Shown piece after piece: positions 40,840 through 49,306 of a stretch of DNA of 64,000 nt. The DNA is taken from the NCBI GenBank assembly GCA_023819145.1, contig JAMWCW010000003.1, positions 78,887-142,886 on the forward strand, in the 5' to 3' direction. The notes under the pieces were generated by a model. It saw only the letters and a program-made list of their open reading frames with translations. It made no database searches and was not told the DNA's origin. This stretch comes from Candidatus Omnitrophota bacterium. GTDB taxonomy: Bacteria > Omnitrophota > Gorgyraeia > DTHP01. The position numbers and the translations under genes were made by a program. Each line of letters begins with the position of its first letter. The first letter of the stretch is position 1.

Positions 40840-42909
40840 ATGTTCAAAAATTTATTATATATCATTATAATTATTGCTTATTCTGTTTTTTCTCCGTATA
40901 TATCTGAGGCAAGGCGGAGTAAAGATAGTAGAGCCTCTGCTATAACACCTTACGCATATGAAATCCGTTTTAATAAAGCAAACCATACCTATACCGTTAA
41001 TGGCGAAAAATACCCTTCTGTCCATGCAATCTTAAACCTTTTGGATAAGCCAGCACTTATCCCTTGGGCGATTAAAACGGTAATCACATATTTAGCAGAG
41101 AATAATATAACTCCCAATCCCAAAGATTCTTACCGCTATTATCAAGAGGCTTTGAGAGAAAGGGATAGAGCAGCGACAACCGGGACAGAGACGCACAGTT
41201 TTATAAGCCAAGCATTAAGTGGGCAGAAACATGCTTCCAGTTCACAAGACACCGCTCCTTATGTATCCTTAGCTGATAGAGGAGGTTTTCAGGCTGCATT
41301 TGCGAAATGGTTTAATGAGGCGCAACCAACCTTGGTTGCTTCAGAGGCAGTAGTAATATCACCTACCTATAAGTACGCAGGAACTATAGATGCGCTTTGT
41401 TTAATTCAAGGAGAATTGTGGCTAGTTGATTTTAAGACTTCCCCGAAAATTTACGATGACCATATTCTCCAGATAGCAGCCTATCGTCAGGCAATAGAAG
41501 AAATGGGTGGGTATTGGGTTTTATCAGGGGATAAGTATGTTTTTCATTCGTTGGAGGGCAAAAGAATTGCTCATACAGGTATAGTGCGTTTAGATAAAAG
41601 TAGTGGAGAAGTTGAATTTAAGAAATTAACAGAAGAAGAATACAGTGTGGCAGTAAATAAATTTCTGCTTTTGAGTAAGTATTATAATTTACATAATCCA
41701 GAAGATGTTTCCCGTTTTGGAGTAGTTGCGCCTTCGGGGTTAGAGGATAAGGCAACAGCAACTAATATTTTTGATAATCTGCTTGGCCTTGTCATCCAGG
41801 CAATGCGCGATTGTGGAACGACTGAAGAGGAAATTAGTAGATACATTGCCGAGGAACCTTATTTTTTCTTTCTTCCCGAAGTAAGAGCTATTTTACCCAA
41901 CGCCATTATGGCATTAAAGAATTACGGCATAGGAAGTTTTTCTGAACAGTGGAAAGTTTTTAAAGAGATTATTGATAATACCCGCCACAGAGATGTCAAA
42001 TATAGTGCTACATTTCTTGAAGTCCTCACAGACAGATTAATTAAAGGTGAGAAATTGGAAGATATTTTAAGGGATTTTAAAGATATGTGGCATTTTGGTT
42101 TTGTTTGGGCTACACGCTTTTCCAAAAAAAGCTGGGACAGTTTGATTACCAACAGGAAATATTTGGAAGAGAAGATACAGCAAGGTTTGCCTATTACTTA
42201 TCCCAACCCTCTGGCAATTCAAATTTATCCTGTAAGCGATTTCAATGGAGCTTTTAATAGTGATTTAGAAACCAGCGCTCTTATAGACCATGGGTATTTT
42301 GTGCTATATTACGAGGTGGATAATTTATTTGAGTTGTTAACAGCATTAGTAGATTCTACTGACCCTCAAAATGGTGTTAAGGCCTCTATAATTTGTTTGA
42401 ATGGTCATGGTAATCCCCAGGAAGTAGGAGAATATATTGCTGATTTATCTGATTTTAGGCTATTAGAAAAGTTTGGAGTAAAAGAATGCCTAGAAGAAGG
42501 AGGTTCTATAATTCTCTACTCCTGTGATACGGGTATTAACGGAGGTATAGTCAGTGCGCTATTTAATTTATTCCGACAGGCTAATTATATTTATGCTCCC
42601 ACAGGCAGACCCACTGGCTTAAAAATACAGTTTGATATTAATGGGGGGATAATCGAGGTTGAATATGAAGGTTCAGAGGTATATGATTTATTCAAGGAAC
42701 CAATTTACCAAAAGCCCACCGCCGAAGATATCCAAAGAGAGATTAGGTTATATTACGGTCTACTGGGGATTGACTTTAGAAAAATAAACATTCCGCAGTT
42801 GGTTTCCGAAATACAACGAGAGATTGAATTGCAATTTTATATGTTGGGATATATTATTTTTTCCGATTATCTCTCTCTCATCTATCAAACCTGCGATAAA
42901 TACAAATAA
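40840..42909 (+). CDS. Leader-bearing PD-(D/E)xK nuclease with a C-terminal His/Cys peptidase-like domain
   Basis: SEA|RRSKD leader; PSV..IL..KPAL..WA, GT.TH, YAGTID, DFKTS, LQIAAY; later NGHG and YSCDTG. Confidence 0.7.
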   Translation: MFKNLLYIIIIIAYSVFSPYISEARRSKDSRASAITPYAYEIRFNKANHTYTVNGEKYPSVHAILNLLDKPALIPWAIKTVITYLAENNITPNPKDSYRYYQEALRERDRAATTGTETHSFISQALSGQKHASSSQDTAPYVSLADRGGFQAAFAKWFNEAQPTLVASEAVVISPTYKYAGTIDALCLIQGELWLVDFKTSPKIYDDHILQIAAYRQAIEEMGGYWVLSGDKYVFHSLEGKRIAHTGIVRLDKSSGEVEFKKLTEEEYSVAVNKFLLLSKYYNLHNPEDVSRFGVVAPSGLEDKATATNIFDNLLGLVIQAMRDCGTTEEEISRYIAEEPYFFFLPEVRAILPNAIMALKNYGIGSFSEQWKVFKEIIDNTRHRDVKYSATFLEVLTDRLIKGEKLEDILRDFKDMWHFGFVWATRFSKKSWDSLITNRKYLEEKIQQGLPITYPNPLAIQIYPVSDFNGAFNSDLETSALIDHGYFVLYYEVDNLFELLTALVDSTDPQNGVKASIICLNGHGNPQEVGEYIADLSDFRLLEKFGVKECLEEGGSIILYSCDTGINGGIVSALFNLFRQANYIYAPTGRPTGLKIQFDINGGIIEVEYEGSEVYDLFKEPIYQKPTAEDIQREIRLYYGLLGIDFRKINIPQLVSEIQREIELQFYMLGYIIFSDYLSLIYQTCDKYK

Positions 42910-42954
42910 AAAAACAAAATAATAGCTATTCTTTCCCGCCATAGATTGCCACAC

Positions 42955-42983
42955 TTGACAGGTGTAGATTTGTCAGCCATATT
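42955..42983 (+). promoter_or_regulatory. Putative sigma70 promoter
   Basis: TTGACA-17nt-CATATT. Confidence 0.55.
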
Positions 42984-43061
42984 TTATATAGAAGGTATAT
43001 TTATGGATTTATTTAAATAGTTGCGGGAATAAAGAGTTGGGATAAAAAGGATAATCATCAA

Positions 43062-44108
43062 ATGAACAATTTTAGGTTTAAAATCTTTAGACAGTTATGT
43101 TTGTATATTGCCTTGGGTATGTTCTGTGCAAGTCCTGTTTTTGCTCGTCGGACAAAATATGCAACAAGCGAGATGAAAAATGCGGTTTTTTTATCAGTAG
43201 AAGAAAGTAGACAATTGGGAGCAGAAATTATCAGGAGATTGTCTATAGGAGATACATATCAAGGTGAAATTTTGTATGGCAGAGATGATGGGGAGGGAAG
43301 GGTTTTTAATAACGAAAGCATTGATTTTGAATATGATTATCAAGGGAAATATGTACGTCTCGGTCCTCTTGTATTCTTAAATACAGAAAAAGAGGGTTTT
43401 TCTTGGAAGGAAATTTACGCCTGTTTAGGGGAAGAATTTTTGAAAAAATACGGCAGAAATATTATTTTTTATGTCTCTCCTGATAACCATTGGCAGTCAC
43501 GAATAGAAGTAATAGATTTTTTCTATAAGATTCCCCTTCCTTTTATAGATTTTACAACTCTGTCTGCTATTGTGGGCATGCTTAAGAACGGTGTTCAGGA
43601 TAAAGTGGTGGCAGATATCGGTTCTGGATTTGGGATTCTATCCTTAGTAGCTTTGCGTTTAGGAGCAAAAGAAATCTTTGCAGTAGAGGCTGAAGAATAT
43701 TGCTTGGAAAAAGCAGAGGAGATAATCCGCTTAAATGGTTATAGGTTAGGTATAGACGGGGAGGTGAAACTATTTCACCATACAGTTACTGAAGAAGATA
43801 TTTATCTAGGGTTACCACAAGAGGTTATAAATAGAGTAGAGCTAATTATATCCAATACAGGTCCATATTATTATCGACTACCTGCGTGGATTATAGAACA
43901 AGCGGCTATGTTTCCCTCTTGTCGTGCGATAATTTTGACCCATTATAAATCCTCCCGCCAAGATGGGGAGGAGGTTGGCGAAAGTGAAATCATCGCCCTC
44001 ATGAAGAGATTTGGTTTTGCTTATAATAAACATATTTTATTTTTTCCTATCGAGAAGGGAGCAATCCAAGGAGAAAGAGTAATAACTGTATTTTCAGGAT
44101 ATAGATAG
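43062..44108 (+). CDS. Leader-bearing class I SAM methyltransferase (PrmA-like core)
   Basis: VFA|RRTKY leader; VADIGSGFGILSLVALRLGAKEIFAVE motif I. Confidence 0.75.
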   Translation: MNNFRFKIFRQLCLYIALGMFCASPVFARRTKYATSEMKNAVFLSVEESRQLGAEIIRRLSIGDTYQGEILYGRDDGEGRVFNNESIDFEYDYQGKYVRLGPLVFLNTEKEGFSWKEIYACLGEEFLKKYGRNIIFYVSPDNHWQSRIEVIDFFYKIPLPFIDFTTLSAIVGMLKNGVQDKVVADIGSGFGILSLVALRLGAKEIFAVEAEEYCLEKAEEIIRLNGYRLGIDGEVKLFHHTVTEEDIYLGLPQEVINRVELIISNTGPYYYRLPAWIIEQAAMFPSCRAIILTHYKSSRQDGEEVGESEIIALMKRFGFAYNKHILFFPIEKGAIQGERVITVFSGYR

Positions 44109-44126
44109 AAGTAAACTTTTATTTAT

Positions 44127-45044
44127 ATGAAAGAAACGATAAAAATATTGGTTTTACTACTGGAAGTATTTCTTTTTACAGTTCGTTGTTGGGCATTGGT
44201 TGAATTAAATAGCAATTCTCAAGAAACTAATATCAGCGCAGTAATAGCGCCATATTCCGCCCCTCTTACAATTATAGGAGCACAAGATAAAGATAGCCAG
44301 GGTAGCAAAGAATGGCGGATTTATCTTGATGTTTCTAAATTTATCGAACTTTGGTCTCAAGAAGAGTATTTGCCGTTTGGTAAATATCAGCAATTAAAAT
44401 TGCTTACTACTTTAGAATTATATAAGGATAGAATTTCTCCCCGTTATAGTCAGGGAGAGATTAATGCGGTAGAAGCCTTTAGGAAGATATTAAAAGATGG
44501 CTATATAGATAGACAGACAATGGTAATTGTGGATATGGGAGGAGCGCATAGTGTAGCGGTGGCGATGGAGTTGGTTAAGCAATTGAGATTTCGCCCGATA
44601 ATTTTAGCGGATGTGGAACCATTGTGGCCAATGGGTTCGAATGTGCATGCAATTCAGGAATTGGCTACTTTACTTTATTTTTCTGCAGAGTTTGCAAAAA
44701 TTAAACCAACATTAACTCAAGATGCACCTCCTGTTTTTATTTTAGATTTACATCGTGGGGATAGACCTAGCATGCATAGGTCTTTAGATAATACTTATGT
44801 CATTGAGCCAGAGGAATTGCCTACGGTAGAGGAACTTTGGGCAAATGATGTTCATAAGGTGGTGATAATTAGAGAAGGGATGGGAACAAAAAGCAATGCG
44901 GGTTATCTAGATAATGTTGATTTCGGTCAACGGATTAAAGATTACGCTGTAAATGAAATAGAAGTTAAATTTTTTGAAATTAACCCTTGGCCTGATTTGG
45001 ATATTATTTTAGAAGAAATTAGAAGATTAAATGTATCTCCTTAA
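44127..45044 (+). CDS. Hypothetical protein with a signal peptide
   Basis: 305-aa ORF, hydrophobic N-terminus ending in CWA; no RR motif; alpha/beta-looking core. Confidence 0.6.
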   Translation: MKETIKILVLLLEVFLFTVRCWALVELNSNSQETNISAVIAPYSAPLTIIGAQDKDSQGSKEWRIYLDVSKFIELWSQEEYLPFGKYQQLKLLTTLELYKDRISPRYSQGEINAVEAFRKILKDGYIDRQTMVIVDMGGAHSVAVAMELVKQLRFRPIILADVEPLWPMGSNVHAIQELATLLYFSAEFAKIKPTLTQDAPPVFILDLHRGDRPSMHRSLDNTYVIEPEELPTVEELWANDVHKVVIIREGMGTKSNAGYLDNVDFGQRIKDYAVNEIEVKFFEINPWPDLDIILEEIRRLNVSP

Positions 45045-45154
45045 AATCTATCCTTATTACTTGCAAACTAGTCTTTAGAATGTGAAAATATAGATAATTG
45101 GAGCATGTTGTATTAAAAAACAAGAGGTAAAGTTTCTCAAAATAATGGGCTAAA

Positions 45155-45568
45155 ATGCATGTAACTAAGAATGAGACTTTAAATATCGTAAGAAAAATAA
45201 GCGGATTTATATTAATTTTTATTTTATTTGAAATTTTTAAAATAGTAAATTGTTCCGAGTGGATTGAGTTTTCTTTACAGCGTAGAATTAAAGAACCCGG
45301 CGTTAGAAAAAGCTATACTCTTACTCTGGATAATCTAAAAATCGGTGAAAGAGCTATAATAGATTCTTTTGCTGAACCGGGGAGGGGTTATCGGTTGCGT
45401 TTAGCGAGCATGGGGTTGCGCGTAGGGTCTATGATAAAGGTTCTTTATAAAGAACCATTTAAAGGTCCGGTTTTAATAGAAGTAGATGGTAGCAGAATAG
45501 CCATTGGTAGGAATTTAGCAGAAAAGATAAATGTTATAGTAGAGCGTGATGCGAAGGCGCAGAAATGA
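45155..45568 (+). CDS. Leader-bearing FeoA (SH3-like) domain protein
   Basis: LDNLKIGERAII...RLASMGLRVG...PFKGPVLIEVDGSRIAIGR..AEKI; leader ends QRRIKE. Confidence 0.8.
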   Translation: MHVTKNETLNIVRKISGFILIFILFEIFKIVNCSEWIEFSLQRRIKEPGVRKSYTLTLDNLKIGERAIIDSFAEPGRGYRLRLASMGLRVGSMIKVLYKEPFKGPVLIEVDGSRIAIGRNLAEKINVIVERDAKAQK

Positions 45569-45631
45569 TATAGAATCTAAAGGTATTTTATCTGCAGGAT
45601 GCTTTCTTTAACTTCCTTTTGTTAGCCCGCC

Positions 45632-45660
45632 TTGACGGTACATGTTTTTAATGCTATTCT
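45632..45660 (+). promoter_or_regulatory. Putative sigma70 promoter
   Basis: TTGACG-17nt-TATTCT with extended TG. Confidence 0.55.
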
Positions 45661-45693
45661 TTGATAAGGGGGGCTTTTATTTTTTAATGTAAG

Positions 45694-47073
45694 ATGAAAA
45701 AAACAGACTTGGTCAGGATGGTTTTTAGATTTAAACCTTTATATATTTTGGGTTTATTATCTTTGCAAACTTTATTACTTACCCCCCAGCGGGTTGGATT
45801 ATCTCAGATTACTCTTTTAATAAGAAGGGTTAAATTCAGCGAAGAGATAAGAGAAGGTTTATATCCTTTTCCTTTATCAGCTGAAGAATTACAGGAAGCT
45901 ATAGAAAACCTTTCTCCCGCGAGATGGTATTCCCGTACAGCGGTTATACCCCTGGGTAACGGCTTTGTGCAGGCAGTTAAGTTTCTCAAGAAAGGAGAAT
46001 CTATTACTGAACTAACACAGGAAGCAAGTATGATACAAGAGTTAAGAGATAAGGGTATAGAAATTTCTCCTTTGTTAGTCAAGGGTGAAGACGGTGAGTA
46101 TATTTTTGAATATAGAGGTAAATTTCTTTATGTTCCCGAGGAAGTGGATGCTTCGGGCAAATACATAAGCTATATTGTACCGCAGGAATACTTTATTTAT
46201 CCTGAGAATATCAACGACCCAGAGAAAATGATGGAGTGTGCATTGCTTTCTCTGAGCCAGTTTGCCAGATTGCTTAAAGCAGGTTATCTCCATCGGTCTC
46301 TTTCTCCGCTTACCCATGAGCAAAATAGTGGCAGAGAATGGTTATGGAACTATGTACCTATCGGCGGGATAGAAAATCTTCAGGATAGCCTTAAATATGC
46401 CAATATGGGATTGGCAGGACTTAGAGATTTTGCGCATGTTTCTGAGATTATTCCTGATGACTACCTTTATTTTTCCGTGGGGCAGGCGCTCTGTGAATGG
46501 GCAATAACCATTACCTATCATTCGCTTAAGAATGGATTTAGCCAAAGCCAGACATTTAATATTTTAGCCGCAGGTTTCGAGAGGTTTTTATCGGAGTGGG
46601 AATTGGATATTAAAATTGTGGAAGAAAATATTGATAAATTAGAGTCGTTTGTGAGCTTAGTTAGGCAGGAAATTAAAAACAATGCTCTATCTTCCCAAAA
46701 TGACGGTGGAAAACCTACCATAAATAATCTAGTTGGTTTTGTAAAGAAGATAATGGAGAAAATGAAGGAATCTTCCCTATATAGTCAATGGGAAACAGCA
46801 ACAGTGCGGGTGGAATATGTCTCCTTTGAAGAATTGGATAGAAATTTTGCTATAGAGCTAAGAGGAAGGATGGTTGTGCAGGAGGGAGAACTGAGATATG
46901 TAACTAATTGGCATAAGCGATGTTTGGAAATTTTTCATATTAGAGACGGTTCTTATCATCGGTACATTGCCCCTGGGAGCATTATAATGCCAAAAGAAAT
47001 ATTTAAGGAGGGAAACATTATTTATGTAGTGGATACAGAGCGAAAATGTATGGTAAAAATTACTCTACCTTAA
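45694..47073 (+). CDS. Leader-bearing atypical protein-kinase-like protein
   Basis: AVKFLK...EA (beta3 Lys/alphaC Glu), YLHRSL, LRDFAH; NHL-like strands at the C-terminus; leader ends IRRVKF. Confidence 0.5.
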   Translation: MKKTDLVRMVFRFKPLYILGLLSLQTLLLTPQRVGLSQITLLIRRVKFSEEIREGLYPFPLSAEELQEAIENLSPARWYSRTAVIPLGNGFVQAVKFLKKGESITELTQEASMIQELRDKGIEISPLLVKGEDGEYIFEYRGKFLYVPEEVDASGKYISYIVPQEYFIYPENINDPEKMMECALLSLSQFARLLKAGYLHRSLSPLTHEQNSGREWLWNYVPIGGIENLQDSLKYANMGLAGLRDFAHVSEIIPDDYLYFSVGQALCEWAITITYHSLKNGFSQSQTFNILAAGFERFLSEWELDIKIVEENIDKLESFVSLVRQEIKNNALSSQNDGGKPTINNLVGFVKKIMEKMKESSLYSQWETATVRVEYVSFEELDRNFAIELRGRMVVQEGELRYVTNWHKRCLEIFHIRDGSYHRYIAPGSIIMPKEIFKEGNIIYVVDTERKCMVKITLP

Positions 47074-47138
47074 GAAGATTTGTTTACTTTATTTTCTAAA
47101 GGGAGTATAAATAAAAATAAGTTTTATAAGAGGTTTAA

Positions 47139-47756
47139 ATGAAAATTAGGCATTTTCGAAAAAAGACATTATTTACGGTTTATCTCTGTTTAACTTTCGT
47201 AATTTGCTTTTTTTCTTTTTCTAGCCACAGTTGCCCAGGAAATCTGGAGGTCTCTCTCGGAGCAAGGCGAATTAAAGACATAGTAGGAGCGTTTTCCCTC
47301 TCTCCTTCTATAAACGCCGTTCATAAACTAATTGTTTTAGATAAGCAAAAGATAGTGGTTGTCGATGGGGATACCCTGCACTATGATGATGAAAGAGTTA
47401 GGCTACTGGGAGTTGATTGTCCTGAACTTGCAACAGATACTTTTGGAGGGAGAGGACAAGAACCCTATGCCACAGAAGCCAAGGATTTTGTAATTAAGCG
47501 CTTACAGGAAGGGACAAGGATAGAATTAGTTTTAATTGAGGAGCAGGATAAATACGGAAGAAGTTTAGGACACATTTTTATTGATGGGGAATCCCTTTCT
47601 TTAGAATTAATAAGGAGGGGGTTAGGGTATGAAACCGTTTCCCGTTATGGAGATAATGGGTTTACAGAATTATCCGCTCAAATCTTAGAGGCGGCAAAGA
47701 AAATAACTCCTTCCTTTGAGAATCCTTCTGAATGGCGGAAGAAAAACAGAAGATAA
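47139..47756 (+). CDS. Thermonuclease (SNase) family protein with a long leader
   Basis: VDGDTL, VRLLGVDCPE, DKYGR; leader ends ARRIKD. Confidence 0.9.
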   Translation: MKIRHFRKKTLFTVYLCLTFVICFFSFSSHSCPGNLEVSLGARRIKDIVGAFSLSPSINAVHKLIVLDKQKIVVVDGDTLHYDDERVRLLGVDCPELATDTFGGRGQEPYATEAKDFVIKRLQEGTRIELVLIEEQDKYGRSLGHIFIDGESLSLELIRRGLGYETVSRYGDNGFTELSAQILEAAKKITPSFENPSEWRKKNRR

Positions 47757-47827
47757 GGCTCGGGGCTGTTAAAATTTTTGGTATAGGGGTTTATTTACCG
47801 GTTGAGTAAATTATTTGACAGCTTCTC

Positions 47828-47856
47828 TTGACAAAGTGGATTTTTGAGGATATAGT
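47828..47856 (+). promoter_or_regulatory. Putative sigma70 promoter
   Basis: TTGACA-17nt-TATAGT. Confidence 0.65.
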
Positions 47857-47908
47857 TTATTTAGAAAGATGGTTCTTTAATTTTTTATTTTAAAATAGAT
47901 ATTAGGAT

Positions 47909-49246
47909 ATGAAACTGACAAACCAAAAACTAAAATATTTTGTTAAGCCATTCAAGATTCTGCTTATTTTTCTTATCCTTAATCTCTCTTTCGGATATTT
48001 ACACATTGCAGATATTTTTGTTATTTCTGTATTATCTCGTCGCATCAGAGATTTTGATTTCAGCTACATAAGAGGTAGCAAAGAGGCAAAGGTGGAATGG
48101 AAATATTTTGGTTTGACGCCTGCAATGTTTCAACGCATCTTGGACGCACTTATTGAGTCAGGTATTTGTTCAGTTTCAGGGAGGAAAGGGGTAATTTTTA
48201 TAGGAGGTACTTCCGCGGGAGGAAAATCTCCTGCGACAGATTTTATTACTGCAATGCTTAGAGGATACGGAATAAACGTAAAGTATATCTCTTTGGATAA
48301 TTATTATAAAGACCGTGAGAAGATGCCTACTTCCCCAGATGGCAATTTTGATTTTGATAGTGTTGAGGCTTTAGACATTGATAAATTTCAAAAACACTTG
48401 CATATACTTTTGACTACCTCAGAAGAGATAACGCCTCCTCACTTTGATATGAAGACCGGAAAAAGTAGCGATGGTAAAGATCCGATTCAGCTTCTGGAAG
48501 GAGAAGTTTTGATTGTAGAAGGAATTCATGCCTTGACTCCTCGGATGACTAATAAAGAGCGAGATGGGGATATTATTCCTCCAGAGGTGGTAAGGCTTAT
48601 GTTTTTTGTGAATGCTGAACGAGATACGCGTTTACCGCGGAGAATGGTGAGAGATAGTGAAGTGCGGGGGTATATTCCCGAAGCAACTATCTGGAATTGG
48701 GATAAGATAGTTGTGCCTGGAGAGGATAATCATATTATTCCCGGGAAAATTGAGGCTTTAAAATTGGCAGAAGAGCGAGGACAGAAGATAATTGAAATTG
48801 ATACAACTCTTCCTTTGGATAAGATAAGTGATATCCAGCCTTTGGGAGAGGTGTTTAGAGAAAGTTTAATTCAGGCCGGAGAAAGAATGGGGAAGTTAAT
48901 TCCGCTTTTAGAAAAAGAAGATTTTTATTCGCTTATCTCGCAGGTTCAAGGTAGTGAGTTAAGTAAAAGTTTGGTTGCTTTTCTAAAGATAAAAAGCCAT
49001 CAGGATAGGATTAGAGATTTATTGCGCAGTTTAGACAGTGAGTCAGAGAAAGGATTTATTAAGATAATAGGAGAAGGTACGCCAGATCAAATTTTGGAAT
49101 TTCTAAGCGAGACTTTGCTTCGTTATTCCACTAACACTTCCTTTAGGGAAGAGATGAACTTACTCCGGTTAGACCTTTTGGGTGCAATGCGCTATGTAGC
49201 AAGAAGAATAGATGAATTACGCAATAAATATTTTTCTATCCCTTAA
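47909..49246 (+). CDS. Leader-bearing uridine kinase/PRK family P-loop kinase
   Basis: GGTSAGGKS, ISLDNYY, DFDSVEALD, LIVEGIHAL, RRMVRD..RG; leader ends SRRIRD; helical C-terminal extension. Confidence 0.82.
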   Translation: MKLTNQKLKYFVKPFKILLIFLILNLSFGYLHIADIFVISVLSRRIRDFDFSYIRGSKEAKVEWKYFGLTPAMFQRILDALIESGICSVSGRKGVIFIGGTSAGGKSPATDFITAMLRGYGINVKYISLDNYYKDREKMPTSPDGNFDFDSVEALDIDKFQKHLHILLTTSEEITPPHFDMKTGKSSDGKDPIQLLEGEVLIVEGIHALTPRMTNKERDGDIIPPEVVRLMFFVNAERDTRLPRRMVRDSEVRGYIPEATIWNWDKIVVPGEDNHIIPGKIEALKLAEERGQKIIEIDTTLPLDKISDIQPLGEVFRESLIQAGERMGKLIPLLEKEDFYSLISQVQGSELSKSLVAFLKIKSHQDRIRDLLRSLDSESEKGFIKIIGEGTPDQILEFLSETLLRYSTNTSFREEMNLLRLDLLGAMRYVARRIDELRNKYFSIP

Positions 49247-49306
49247 CAGCTTTTTAGTTTCGATTTTTGTATAAATAAAATTATTTCTTAAATATACTCT
49301 ACAGAT

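Noticed and set aside
40840-41700. Cas4/CRISPR system or prophage suggested by the PD-(D/E)xK nuclease
   Set aside because: No repeat-spacer array, cas genes, integrase or virion genes are visible, and the Cas4 four-Cys cluster pattern is not evident.
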